Source of the DNA: Andalucia godoyi And28
Taxonomy: Eukaryota; Protista; Jakobida
Direction of reading: 5' to 3'
DNA: 64,000 nt
Assembly (NCBI GenBank): GCA_009859145.1
Contig: VRVR01000042.1
Coordinates: 172,806-236,805, forward strand
Shown here: positions 30,901 to 41,444 of the stretch, in pieces
Layout of the letters: each line of letters opens with the position of its first letter
How positions within the stretch are numbered: position 1 is the stretch's first letter
Program-made: the position numbers and the translations under genes
Notes under the pieces: generated by a model
What the model saw: only the letters and a program-made list of their open reading frames with translations
The model's database searches: none
What the model was told of the DNA's origin: nothing

Positions 30901-33900
30901 TGGATCGGGAACAGGGACGTCGCAAAACGACTGCCGCTCCAAAATGCAATGGCAATTCGTACCACCCACACCCATCGCCGACACCCCTGCACGTCGCACA
31001 TCTGCAGACGGCCACGGCACGGTGGCCGTGCCATTGATAGAAAAGCGCGATTTCAGCGGATCCATGGCAATCAGCGGATTCCACTCGGAAAACGTGGGAG
31101 TCGGAGGAATTTGGCCGTGATACATTGACAGCGCAGTCTTGACCACGCCAACCAGTCCCGCGGCAATGTTGCAGTGTCCGACATTTGCTTTTGCACAACC
31201 AATCCAAACCGGGTTGCGCTGAGTTAGGCGTGCGCCAATAGCATTTCGCAACGCCGAGAACTCAATGGGATCGCCGACAATGGTGCCGGTCGCGTGGGCC
31301 TCCACGAACTGCAACGGATTTTCACTGGGCCCAGCAAGCAGCGATTCATACATGCTACTCAGAAGGCGAGTCTGTGCCTCAGAAGACGGCGCTCCAAAGG
31401 ATGACTTTTCCGATGATCCATCTTGATTCGAACGCACGTCCCTTACCGTCGCGTACACTTTGTGTTCACCGGAACACAGTTCCTCTTTTGACAGACGCGC
31501 GAGCACAATTGTGGCAGCAGCATCCGAGAAAACCGTGCCGGAAGCTCGAGAATCAAACGGACGACAGTGTCCATCCGAAGAAAGGACAAAATCCGATGGT
31601 GCACGATACCCATTGTAAATTCCATCAAAAAAGGCCATGGATGCGCTGCACACAATCGCGTACTTGTTCTTTTTCAAAGACAAATGATTAAAGGCAGCCT
31701 CCAGGCATGAGAGAGACGACGAGCAGCTGCTTTGGACAGCTACCGCAGTACCGCGAAGCCCGTATGCGTATGCCAGACGCATCGGCAGATAGTCCTTATC
31801 ATTCCCAATTTCAGCACTCAGTTCCAATGAAGGGTTCTCGGAAGCCTCCCCACGAAAAAGTGGGACAGACGTGTTCAATCCGTACGTAGGCAAATAGCAT
31901 GAACCGAAGACTGCGGTATCATCAAACGCGGAATTCACGGCGAGCGACCCGTTGGAAAAAGTGAATCCAGCATCCATCATTGCGGATAATGAAACTTCTA
32001 AAGCAATGCGGTGCTGTGGATCCATCAGTTCCCACTCGGATGGGTGAATTCTCGAGGAGAAGAATGCAGGATCGATATCTCCGCGAGAATTTGGAATTGA
32101 CGGGAAAGTGGAACCCGAATTCTGTGGTCGTCTCCACAATCCATCCATGTCCTTCTCCAGAACAGCGGAAACGTGACCGGAAACGAGGTTCCTCCAAAAC
32201 TCATGAATGTTCGCAGCATCCGGCGCCTGAATACCCATACCGACAATTGCAATGCAGTCCGAAACATCACAAGTACTGGAGACTGTCTGTTTCACAGAGT
32301 GCTGACGAGACCCGAAGAGCACTGTAATCGTCGCAGCAAGGCTTGCAGGGGTGACGGACGTCTTCAGCATCTCTTCTATGTTGAGAAACGGCGGCGATGG
32401 CATCGCTGTTGCGGCAGCGAATTCCTCGATATCATGCTGCAAAGTCGCGACGACTCGAACGGCAGCTAGAGAGTGACCACCCAAAGAGAGCCACCGATCG
32501 GAAGCGCCAACACGTACCAAAAGCTCCTTCGTCCAGGCAGCGCACACTCTTTGGATCCAGTAATCAGTAGCAGGAGTATGGATATTGGAAGACGCATCAG
32601 CCATCAAGGAACTTGGCATCAGCTTCTCAGGATGAGCTTGCGGATCCACCAAGCACTTTCGATCCGTCTTTCCGGAAATCGGGTCAATCCGAAAAAAGGT
32701 TGGATAGCGTACAAACAAATACGGTACTGCATACGATGGAAGAACGCCTTGCAACCGGTCCCGCATGTAAACCACGCACAAATCGTCACCTCCTTGCGGG
32801 ATCACCATATGGGCAACCAGAGCACTGTCTGTATCCATTTGGCGACCGACAACCAGGCACTGCTTGACCTCGGGAAAGCAGTTCAAAATAGCATCTTCTA
32901 CAACCTGCGCATCAACTGTGTTCCCGCGCACACGGATTGCAAAGTCACATCTCCCAAGAATGCTGTACCCGAGATTTGTGTCAAAGAAGCACCGGTCGCC
33001 AGTTCTATACAACGTTTCGTCCAGCTGGAAATCGACTGCAGAGCCAAACATGGACTCAAAAGAAACAAATTTTGCCCGTGACTTGTCTGGAGCGCCTACG
33101 TACCCATTGCCAACATGCGGACCCCCGACGAACAGCTCTTCATCACGAACGAACATGTCAACAGTTGGCAAAGGAAATCCGATGGGGGCTATGTCGCCGA
33201 CATCCTCGTTTCCAACCCAGGCGGACAGGTTGGATACCGTAATTTCGGAACACTCGGAAATGGAATACACATTCCATATTGCAGCACACGGAAACAAGGT
33301 CTGAACATCTCGGACGAGCTTTCTGTTGACAACCTCTCCGCAAAGCGTCACACAATTGAGCGTGTCGATGGAAACCGACTTCCGAATCAATCCATCGCAC
33401 AAAACACGGGCCATAGAAGGCGTCAGCTGAATTCGTGTGCCGCATTCTCTGCTCACGACTGAGAAAAACGTGCTCGGGTTCTTCTGCTGATCATCGGATA
33501 AGATCAACAATCTCACGCCAAACAAAAGTGGACGGAAGCATTCCCAGAGAAAGAAGATATTACACACCTCAATGTCCTGCGTGTCATCCAAAAAGGGAAT
33601 CGCATCGCGGCGCTTTGCGTAAGAAAGAACATGATTGGTATGCAGAACTGTGATCAACTTGGGGGGACCAGTAGAACCGGAAGAAAACACGAGAAATGCA
33701 CTGGAGCGGGGCCGGTACAGCGTTCGAGCGAGCACATAGTGTACATCATCGGCAAAATCAGTATGTGAATGATCGCACGCAAAAGAAATGACGTTTGAAA
33801 ATTCCGAGAAGAACGATTCCTCGCTTGCGGTTGAGACGACAAACAATATCGACTTCCCAAGAGAAGCACAGTCTGCGACCAATTTTGCGAGAAATGACTT

Positions 33901-34941
33901 GTTCTGCACAATCGACGGACCTCCCTCGAGTGGAAGCGCTGGGCAGCCTAGACACATTGCGCTGAAGCAAGTCACAACATACTCGGGCGATTTTGGCAGA
34001 ACCGGAGCCACGATGACTTGATCCGGGTCAACGGACCCCATTCTCTCCATCATTCTCTTCATTTTGGACACAATCCACGCATAAGAATACTCCTGGTCGT
34101 GATATTTCATGATGTTCCGGTGAGGATGGCAGACAGCCCGCTTCAGGAAGCATCCATGGATCGTCAATTCAGACGCATCGACAAACACGTCACGCCGCCT
34201 TGAGATGCCATACCGTTCGAACTCTGGAAAGAAGGGAAGAAGAGTGCGGGAAATAAAGCTATCTTCAAGAAAGAAAAAGTGGCCATGGTTCGCAACCGCT
34301 TCCACCAAGGTATTCTGGGAGTGTCGATTCCACAGTTGCATTTTGTTTTCTGGGCAGAGGGCAGCATCCAATTCTCCATACAGCGCAACGATGGGCGTAT
34401 CGAGAACGAGATTTTCTGCATGCAGCACTCCCGATTCGCCGAGCTTCAGATCTGCCCGGGTTCTATCCAGAGCGACTTCCATCAACGAGGGCGGAATCAC
34501 TGCACCCCACGATGCCAATGCCTCAGCCAAATCCCTGTCATTCATTTGCGAATACAGTCGGAAAGAACATGTTCCAGAAGGCCCATCGAAATACGAACAC
34601 GGAGGAGGATGCGCAAAGAGGAAGCACATCAGCGGAACTTCGTACTTGCATTCTTGCTCAATCAGCTTGCAAACATGCAGTGCAATGATTGCACCGACGG
34701 ACGACCCGGCGATGCAGTACGGGAACGACAAGTGTCTCTTGATGAAATCTGCGCAGTAGCGCGCTGCTTCTTGAATGGTCTGCATTTGGGGCACGGATGA
34801 CAAGAAATCACGACCTGGAAGCAGCACGGGGACAATTTCGAACGGTGTGTCGACACTTTTCAAGAAGGGATACTTTGATGCATTGATTTTTGGAACCGAT
34901 GCTAAAGAACCACCCGCGTGCGGAACATAAAATATCCTCAT
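27967..34941 (-). CDS. Hybrid NRPS-PKS, domain order TE-A-T-KS-AT-KR-T (BurA-like)
   Basis: TE: PHAGGS, GSSVG, HGHFF. A: SSGSTGPPK, NVYSISE, YRTGD, GKTDRK. T: LGGHSL. KS: QSSCSSSL, EAHATGT, KANVGH. AT: CPGQ, GHSLG, VFH. KR: GGLGTLG, Y-x3-N. T: LGGDSM. ATG at 34941 (the track start at 34947 is GTG); intronless. Confidence 0.93.
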   Translation of the reverse strand: MRIFYVPHAGGSLASVPKINASKYPFLKSVDTPFEIVPVLLPGRDFLSSVPQMQTIQEAARYCADFIKRHLSFPYCIAGSSVGAIIALHVCKLIEQECKYEVPLMCFLFAHPPPCSYFDGPSGTCSFRLYSQMNDRDLAEALASWGAVIPPSLMEVALDRTRADLKLGESGVLHAENLVLDTPIVALYGELDAALCPENKMQLWNRHSQNTLVEAVANHGHFFFLEDSFISRTLLPFFPEFERYGISRRRDVFVDASELTIHGCFLKRAVCHPHRNIMKYHDQEYSYAWIVSKMKRMMERMGSVDPDQVIVAPVLPKSPEYVVTCFSAMCLGCPALPLEGGPSIVQNKSFLAKLVADCASLGKSILFVVSTASEESFFSEFSNVISFACDHSHTDFADDVHYVLARTLYRPRSSAFLVFSSGSTGPPKLITVLHTNHVLSYAKRRDAIPFLDDTQDIEVCNIFFLWECFRPLLFGVRLLILSDDQQKNPSTFFSVVSRECGTRIQLTPSMARVLCDGLIRKSVSIDTLNCVTLCGEVVNRKLVRDVQTLFPCAAIWNVYSISECSEITVSNLSAWVGNEDVGDIAPIGFPLPTVDMFVRDEELFVGGPHVGNGYVGAPDKSRAKFVSFESMFGSAVDFQLDETLYRTGDRCFFDTNLGYSILGRCDFAIRVRGNTVDAQVVEDAILNCFPEVKQCLVVGRQMDTDSALVAHMVIPQGGDDLCVVYMRDRLQGVLPSYAVPYLFVRYPTFFRIDPISGKTDRKCLVDPQAHPEKLMPSSLMADASSNIHTPATDYWIQRVCAAWTKELLVRVGASDRWLSLGGHSLAAVRVVATLQHDIEEFAAATAMPSPPFLNIEEMLKTSVTPASLAATITVLFGSRQHSVKQTVSSTCDVSDCIAIVGMGIQAPDAANIHEFWRNLVSGHVSAVLEKDMDGLWRRPQNSGSTFPSIPNSRGDIDPAFFSSRIHPSEWELMDPQHRIALEVSLSAMMDAGFTFSNGSLAVNSAFDDTAVFGSCYLPTYGLNTSVPLFRGEASENPSLELSAEIGNDKDYLPMRLAYAYGLRGTAVAVQSSCSSSLSCLEAAFNHLSLKKNKYAIVCSASMAFFDGIYNGYRAPSDFVLSSDGHCRPFDSRASGTVFSDAAATIVLARLSKEELCSGEHKVYATVRDVRSNQDGSSEKSSFGAPSSEAQTRLLSSMYESLLAGPSENPLQFVEAHATGTIVGDPIEFSALRNAIGARLTQRNPVWIGCAKANVGHCNIAAGLVGVVKTALSMYHGQIPPTPTFSEWNPLIAMDPLKSRFSINGTATVPWPSADVRRAGVSAMGVGGTNCHCILERQSFCDVPVPDPHEPSRFSALTVAMASEESFKKWLRSTSNSLMRSDVSIGWSSAASFFTRHFPRPGLRCFTVVASSKQDLKAVVDAMDDSSTGFLTLFSGPSLPTTTMLIVCPGQTSFSPVLYRELFLHCPEFRVAVTNLQPYTSVPVDRVFSSAVAAEHRYSQTEVHVYSALLQYGLFSILRAVYASAAFRFIGHSLGELIAVWLAGAIDDRSFFQVLELRAAALETYSPDGDQMFVVKHPVDHIRKILSGLLGVRTNIVSVNPGNAVVVGCSPGLSPAVIQQEFGNYALIPTDRVFHGSHLALVAASFDRNLNELSLDLNIDALRSVDVCCGARIEDQSGFRQWCTDHLVSSVRFDSAVDRVSKEYDNLTLVELAWKPSLSSMILKEKRNWSGLALFAKSPMSGSATCSWMWTQLSAGRKAAFCSAERPVAICDDLPALDLPFERKRIWRESPRRDEPPVAHDHVGKYCIQHALTDISIPQREYCLDSHPSTLRLCDDCFLLSVGICHTFERCRESILQIISSHSGDVRIIVFFRSSESLFVAAVLSQEYFPRVRCVSVFAPFSNVDVIQMGRCVLDSIDQDLLQWGDTIRLGKMDDEQTFSVLHRQFRALKLANLERAESPANIVIFGGLGTLGRILSATLASDSQFADTRIVLTTRCKASDVDCTRCIEEIEQLSSAMADHRVRLASRVSVLTEFDGLSAAQWNFVLASLSDPVVIFCAGLADLCWMAEGDRMAQECEPKSDALQALFDSGSKIRRCIGFSSLAAYLGGPGMMFYGSANLRMDALFCKLTAQHSVVSVAWDDWDVHALRHVLLRKGVPLSRSASLLGLNRHNKKMQMKDIGGSFGLPVEYCMELVKDLLLARSTRGIPVPLIVSKGDLLGKVDSWIYGKTSKVAPVDSCVPTLSNQDAREVIRHGFASFLKMSVVDEAKSFFVLGGDSMSALMCVAMLQEALRRKGFSTIADRLTVKRLFESLSIEQFVDSVMDS

Positions 34942-34958
34942 GCTCACAACCCTACCCG

Positions 34959-34990
<32 letters not shown>

Positions 34991-35003
34991 TTTTCTTTCT
35001 TCT

Positions 35004-35038
<35 letters not shown>

Positions 35039-35817
35039 GTCTATCGATGTCTCCTTGCGGGGAATCTGTTGAAGGCAACAGCGAAACAAAAATCCAACAG
35101 CAACAACAAAAAAGAAAAGGTACCATTTCCCGCAATCCCCCGACTCGACTACAGTGCCGGAGCATTTGTTTTTTCGTCCCGTTTTGGGGGAAGGCCCCGC
35201 CCAAAATTGGCCACAATACAAAATCAACCGATTTTTCTTTTTTTGGGGAGCTCGCGCTTTTTCCCACAAGAGAAAAGGAAAGAAAAGGGAGGAAAATCAA
35301 AAGGCATACACATTTCAAGGAGCTTCACGTCTGGGTGCGCTTTCTCAAAAACAAGAAATTATAATCAAAAAACCCAAAACCTTTTCTTCCGGTCCTCTTT
35401 CTTTTTCCTTCCTTCTTTTTCCTTCCTTCTTTTTCCCTCCTTCTCTTCTTCTCAATCTCCCATCTAAAAAAAAAAAAATCCAACCCGTTTCACCTTCTTT
35501 TAATTGAAATTTTCTCCTTTTATTTTCAACAGCCAGTCCTTGTCAAAGACCGACAAGGATATCACGAAGATCACTTTGTCGCTTTCCAGTCCATTTGCAT
35601 GCTCCTGTTTTGCCAGTTTCCCATATCTGAAGGGTCCGGATATACCTGAATCGATACGTCTGGCGTATTTGTACATTCCTCTCGATTCTAGCTAGTCTTT
35701 CCTCACCCCTTCCTTTCCTTCCCCCAACACCTTCTTAGCTACTTCTTTTTTTTTTTTTTGTCCTTTTTTTCCCATTAGGAAGGTCATCATCTCACAAACC
35801 AAAAAAGGCATTTCAGA

Positions 35818-37171
35818 ATGGCGACGGTCAATATTGGAAATGTGTCCGACGAGTTCTATCGGTACAAAATGCCGGTCATGAAGACTCAGATTCTCAGTCG
35901 AGGAAACGGAATCAAGACGTGGGTTGTCAATGTTTCAGACATTGCGAAGGCGCTTTCTCGCCCTCCGGACTATCTCATCAAGTTTTTTGGATTTGAACTT
36001 GGTGCTCAGACAAAATGGGAGGCAGCGGCTCAGAAGGGAATTGTAAATGGAGAGCACACTCTTGAGACTCTCAATGGCCTTCTTGCGCAGTTTATCTCCA
36101 AGTTTGTGACGTGTGCAGCATGCAAGAATCCGGAAACCAACATCTTCCTCCGGGGGGACACTGTTCGACTCGAGTGTGTTGCGTGCGGAAACACGACTAA
36201 GGTGGATCCCATTGAGCGTCTATGCAGTTACATTAAGAACCACCCGCCCGCAGAAAATGCGAAAAAGAAGACCACTTCTGTAGACAAGGTTGGAGCGACT
36301 CCTGCTGCCGAGGAAAACGTGGAAGCCATTGCGTCGGTTGATGTGAATGTTCTAGCCAATCAGATTGATTCGCTCCAAGTGCAGCAAAAAGAAGGTATGT
36401 TTTTTCCCTTTCGGATGATCACCGTTTCTTCCTCTTCTTCGTTTCTCCCCTTGGTCGGTTTCGGAATGCAGCGTTTTATGATGAAAAACTTCACAGACCT
36501 GTTCTGATGGACGTTGATGAACTAAGTGTTTATTGCCTCTCTGATCAACCTGCGTTTCGTTTTTTCCACCCGTTCACGACCTCCTTCTATTTCTATTTCT
36601 ATTTCTATTTCTATTTTTTATTTTACTATTTTTACGTCTATTTTCGAACCATTTCTGACGTTTATACTCACGAAAATGATTCCTGACTGAAATAGAAAAC
36701 CCTATTGAAGTATTATCTGCGTGGGGTCGAGAGCATCCAGATGCGTCTGCAGATGACGTTTTGGCCGCCGTGGATCGTTACATGGTGATCCACGATCTGA
36801 AGGCCGACGATGGTGTTTTGTTGCTCTTCACTTCTGGATTGATCAATGCCGAGAGCCTCGTCCGCCGCATCAAGGTTTGGGGTCCAGTCATCGCAGGCAT
36901 TACCAAGGAATACGGTGGCCCCGTTGAGAAGAAGCTTTTCCCATCCATGGCAACCATGATGACCACCAAGGAACAGCTTGCGCTCATCCCGAATGTGCTT
37001 TCCGAGTTGTATGATGCAGATGCCATTGATGAAACTGCGACTCGAAAATGGTTCAAGAAAGCAAAGTCCAAGGATGCGCCGAAGGAGCACCAGAAGCTGC
37101 GCAAGGCCGCGAAACCGTTCCTGGATTGGCTGAAATCTGCCGAAGAAGAAGGATCAGGCGATGATAATTAG
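35818..37171 (+). CDS. EIF5: Eukaryotic translation initiation factor 5, join(35818..36394,36696..37171)
   Basis: FYRYKMP...GNGIKT...CAACKNPET...CVACG N-terminal domain and W2 C-terminal domain (FLDWLKSAEEE). The GTATGT...CTGAC...ATAG intron restores the frame (QKE|ENPIEV). Confidence 0.95.
36468..36553 (+). ncRNA. Intronic box C/D snoRNA, two guides to 18S rRNA (U25/snR56-like D' guide)
   Basis: C box ATGATGA 36478, D' CTGA 36504, C' TGATGA 36515, D CTGA 36541, terminal stem GCAG(C)GTT/AACCTGC. Guides TCACAGACCTGTT and TTATTGCCTC are complementary to the conserved 18S segment GAGGCAAUAACAGGUCUGUGA. Confidence 0.88.
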
Positions 37172-37532
37172 TTCTCCTGTCCCGACGACGATGTCGTTCG
37201 TCAGATTTCGCTTTTGCGAATCATCAGATGTCGTTCTCAAGTAAATCACCTTCAATCCAATAAGTGTCGTTTTGTACCGCGCGAGTTCACGGCACTCCGT
37301 CTTTGCTGTTTGGGGCATTCGGGAATCGGGTAAGGGTTCAGAGACCGCTGTAGAGGCACTTCGCGACTTTTTTCGTCTTTCCCGTATTGAAACCTCGCTT
37401 GTTTCGTCGTATTTTTTACTTTTACTTTTACCTTTATTATTATTATTTTTATTATTATTAAACTCCCTTCTTTCCCCCCTTCCGGTGGTGGGTATTCCCC
37501 TTGTTGTCTTGTACCTGCTTGTAGAGCAGTTC

Positions 37533-38181
37533 ATGGATTCCGATCATCCCCAGACGCATCCTGTGACGTCTGCGTCTGCGTCTGCAGGATCGTCGAGTCG
37601 ATCGCAGAATCCCGAATACGAATGCCCTGTTGTTCCATTTGCGGAGCATTTGCCTATTTCTGCCAGCTCTTCTTCTGCCTCGTCCGCTGCACTTAGGCTT
37701 CATCGGAATACTGCCTCTGCTCTTGCCTCGTTGTTGGCAGTTCCGTCAGCTGCGTCGTTGTTCAGCAGATCAGCAGCACCAAATGTCAGACAGGCCCATC
37801 CCTCTGGGATATCATCCATGTCATTACCCAGCGCAGTCCACGGGTCACATCCGGAATTTATGATGAGCCACGACGTGTATGCGGGACATACGGATCATAC
37901 TTCGCAAATGGTGCTTCCGACATTCAGCAGGCCTTCGTTGGAGGAAGCGAAGTTGCTGGCCTTTGGAAATTTCCTCAGGAATTTTCGATCATTTTTCCTC
38001 CGACGAGAAGAATACCGTTATGAGTCCCGACGGCTGTATTTTCAGTCCAAGAAGGCGGATAGGAGGGATATGATGCAGCAGCAGTCGTCTCAGCGCAGAC
38101 AGCAACATTCGGCGCGTCCCACTCGTGATGACAGTTCCGGGGGAGAGGATGAAGATAAGGGGGATGGTGAGGATGGTGGTA

Positions 38182-38213
<32 letters not shown>

Positions 38214-41150
38214 GATGGTGATGGTGATGATGACGACGACGATGACGATGACGCTGCTCATGCTGATGATGGTGATGGTGATGGTGATGGTGATGTGCGA
38301 GAGGACTCGAACATGCCCAAAACGCAGTTCTTCATGCCCCCGTTTACTCCGTGTCCTGCTGGGTTTGAACAATTTTTTGTTCCTATGACTGCCTGGACGT
38401 CTTCTCTGGACATGACGTTCGAGGAGCTTGCCCATTACGCACAAATGCTGCAAAATGAACTTGCCTCTGGCAATATGAAAGTGCGCTGCATACAGCGTAG
38501 ACCGATCTTTGCAATGCTGCTGCCTGCAGAGTATGCACAGCGGTTTAGGGATTTTGATTCGGCGTGTTCGGGAGGCGGATGGTGTGCTGATCACGGCAAA
38601 ATGGGGCAAAAATCCACAGTATTTTCTTGTTCACGGGCTCGAGTGTCCAGAACCAAGAATGCAAACGGTCCGGCACGTGCGAACCGCGTGACAGTGAGAA
38701 CGGCAGTAGATGAGAACGGCATCTTGCGTGCTGAGGATCCTTGCCCGTTCAACGCAACCTGTCGTTACGTCGACAACAAGTTTGTGCTGGTGATGTTTTT
38801 CCGAAACCATCACCATGTGTACGATGATGAGGGTCTTTTCCGAAGGGCAATGGACCTGCATCCACATCTCGTCGAGTTTGTCAAGGATCACGTTATTCGT
38901 GGATACCACGAGTCGAGCGTGCATGTTGATTTGTGGATGTCGGTGCTGAGAAAGTTTCTCCAGGAAAAGCGCAAGCCGTCGTTTGTTGATTCTGCGTTGT
39001 TCCCTTCGAGTGCCACCATCAGTAACATGGTTAAGCACATACGAAAGGGACATCCACGCGTTCGCATCCCCATAGAGGATCTGCAGGATATGCATCAGCT
39101 TGTCCGCGAATATCCAGTGTCTCTAAAACTATTAGAGCCGTTTGTCTACGAGCATGGAGAACTCATCCGGCATTTTATCCTTCATGTCGGAGATGGAATT
39201 TGTATTAACAACTACCTGACCTTCTGCAAAGGAAATCTTCTGCTGTTGGATGGGACACAGAACGGGCTGGACGTTGGCTATCGCGTCTACAGTGCTTTTG
39301 GAATCGATTCGAAAACAGGACGGCCGCAAATCTGTGGACATTTGTTTACCTCGGATTTTTCGAACGTCGCTCTCCGAAAGTGGCTGAAATATCTTTGCAG
39401 AGATGGTCTTCCTTTGGAAGCCGTTGTCCATTGCGACCCGACCCAGGAGGACTTTTTCCGTGAAGGGCTGGATAACGTTGGGTTTCCTGTGTCTGCTGTC
39501 TGTTTCTTCAGCACCATTAGAAGTCTGATCGACTCGTTGCCTGAATTCCGACGTGCTCAGAGAAGCGTTGGCAAAGCTCTCATCCGCCAGTTATATTTGG
39601 CGGATTCTCGGGAGCGGTTCAACCAAGTGATGGGCCATTTGTCTCGTTTCTTTCAAAATATGGAGGAAACCACTGCATACTGGAATATCCATTATAGTCG
39701 GCCGTTGGAGGCATGGTGGTCTCTTCGATCTCGATATCCCAGTCTTCCGATCATTCAGTGTCTTGATGTCTGTCATCGCCGTGCGCAGTACACAGGGGAA
39801 GGCAAGCATCGCATGTTTTTGTATAGACTCGGGGATGTCTTGCGCTCCTTGGCGGGTGCTGACGTTTCGGAGTATTTGGAGGTTTGCGTTCACGTCAAGG
39901 AAGGTGGCCACAAGAATGGATCTGGCAAGATTCAGCTCACCAATTTGTTGAAGTATGGGGAAGAGAATGTGGAAGCGCTGCTTTCCTGCCGACATGAGAC
40001 ATTCGATGCGTGCAATTGTCGATGCAAGGTGCTAAGCGAAGACGCTGGCTCGCAGATGTTCACGTATTTTGCAAACGAAGACTCGTTTGATGTGAACATG
40101 CGAGCGTTCAAGTGTTCTTGCACCCTGTTTGAGGAACGCCCCCATCTTCCCTGCAAGCATGTTGTTGCAATTTCGATGCTTTTGGAAACAGAAGCCGGAA
40201 AGAATGCCATTTGGCAAATTGTTCCGGGCTGTCGCTCACCGGATTTCGTTGGAAAAGAGCATCAGCAATTGCAGGCTCTCTTTCGTGCCTTTGACTACGA
40301 CGAAAGGGAGAATAGCAAAATGTCGCTCTTGCTGCATGTTCGTTCGTATTTTCGCAATCGCATGATCCCAGATCTGGACATCAATCTGGACGATCTGGGC
40401 TATAAAGCAGGGACGTTGACTGATGAAGCAGTGAGAGAGGACGATTCGGCGTCGAATCCTCGAGCAAGTGCTGTCCATCCTTCCGAGGTCCCGCAACCAC
40501 GAAAATCCTGGAACATTGGCGTTCCAGGTTCTCACGCTGGCCCGCCTCCTTCGTCTGTGTCGGGAGGGGCGATTGTGAACGGCGGTCTGCGAACGAGCGT
40601 GACACTTCAACTGCGCTTCCTTCTGCAATCTGTAGAATCCGTCGGCGATGATGAGCTGCAGAACATGCATGATGTTCTGACCGCTTTTGTCTCTGATCCT
40701 GTCGAGGGGGGTCGGAATCCGGGGAAGCGTCGGCGAATCGACACGACTGCAGATATTCACGAGTCCCCAGCAAGCATCTCGGATGGGTCTGCGATGTCCC
40801 ATCTGTCTGCAGTGACCAGCAATGTGTCTGCATCTTCGATTCTTGCGACGCCGTCGGCCACCACGCTGTACATTTCGTCCAATTCGTCCACGACGTTTCC
40901 CAATGGAGGTCCTTCTTTTGCGAACTCGTCTGCGTTTTCACAGCCCACATTTGTACCGTTGTTTGGAGGCGCTTCCAATTTGCATAATCAGCAGCAGACT
41001 TCTTTCCTACAGCCACCGCCACACCACGCAAGTTTAATCATAGCCCCGGATATGCGACTGCATGTTCTCGGCTCGTCGACTGGTCTTTCAAGCGCGACTC
41101 CGTCTGTGGATGCCGGCCATTTGCCGTCTGCAACGCCCTCAATGCAGTGA
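37533..41150 (+). CDS. MULE/Mutator-derived protein with SWIM zinc finger (probably domesticated transposase)
   Basis: FAR1/WRKY-GCM1-like CPF...NHHH, LLLDGT (first D), VHCD (second D), SWIM CSC...PCKH. ATG at 37533. Confidence 0.7.
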
Positions 41151-41382
41151 GGATTCCCGTTGTCGAATTGGGCTTGTTTGTGCGTTTTCTTCCTCTTCTT
41201 CTTCTTCTCACCTACTTGTATATACAGTACACAGCATACTGGAACTGTGCTGCTACTTATTTTATCGTGTCGTCCGTGTACTGTACTGCATACCTCCCCC
41301 AAATCCCTCCCAATATCCAATACACAGACACAGTACGCCGCCTTTTCAGTTGCTTTCCTCTTTGCTTCCATCCCACCATCGG

Positions 41383-41444
41383 CCGTTTTTCCTGTTGTAC
41401 AAAACGACAGCCGTTTTTCCTGTTGTACAAAACGACAGCCGTTT
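41383..41444. repeat. Perfect 28-bp tandem duplication
   Basis: CCGTTTTTCCTGTTGTACAAAACGACAG occurs at 41383-41410 and 41411-41438, followed by a partial third CCGTTT. Confidence 0.9.

Noticed and set aside
36395-36507. C-terminal extension of the eIF5 ORF (GMFFPFRM...TDLF*) as a real protein end
   Set aside because: It is intron read-through. Splicing at GTATGT...ATAG joins the W2 domain in frame.
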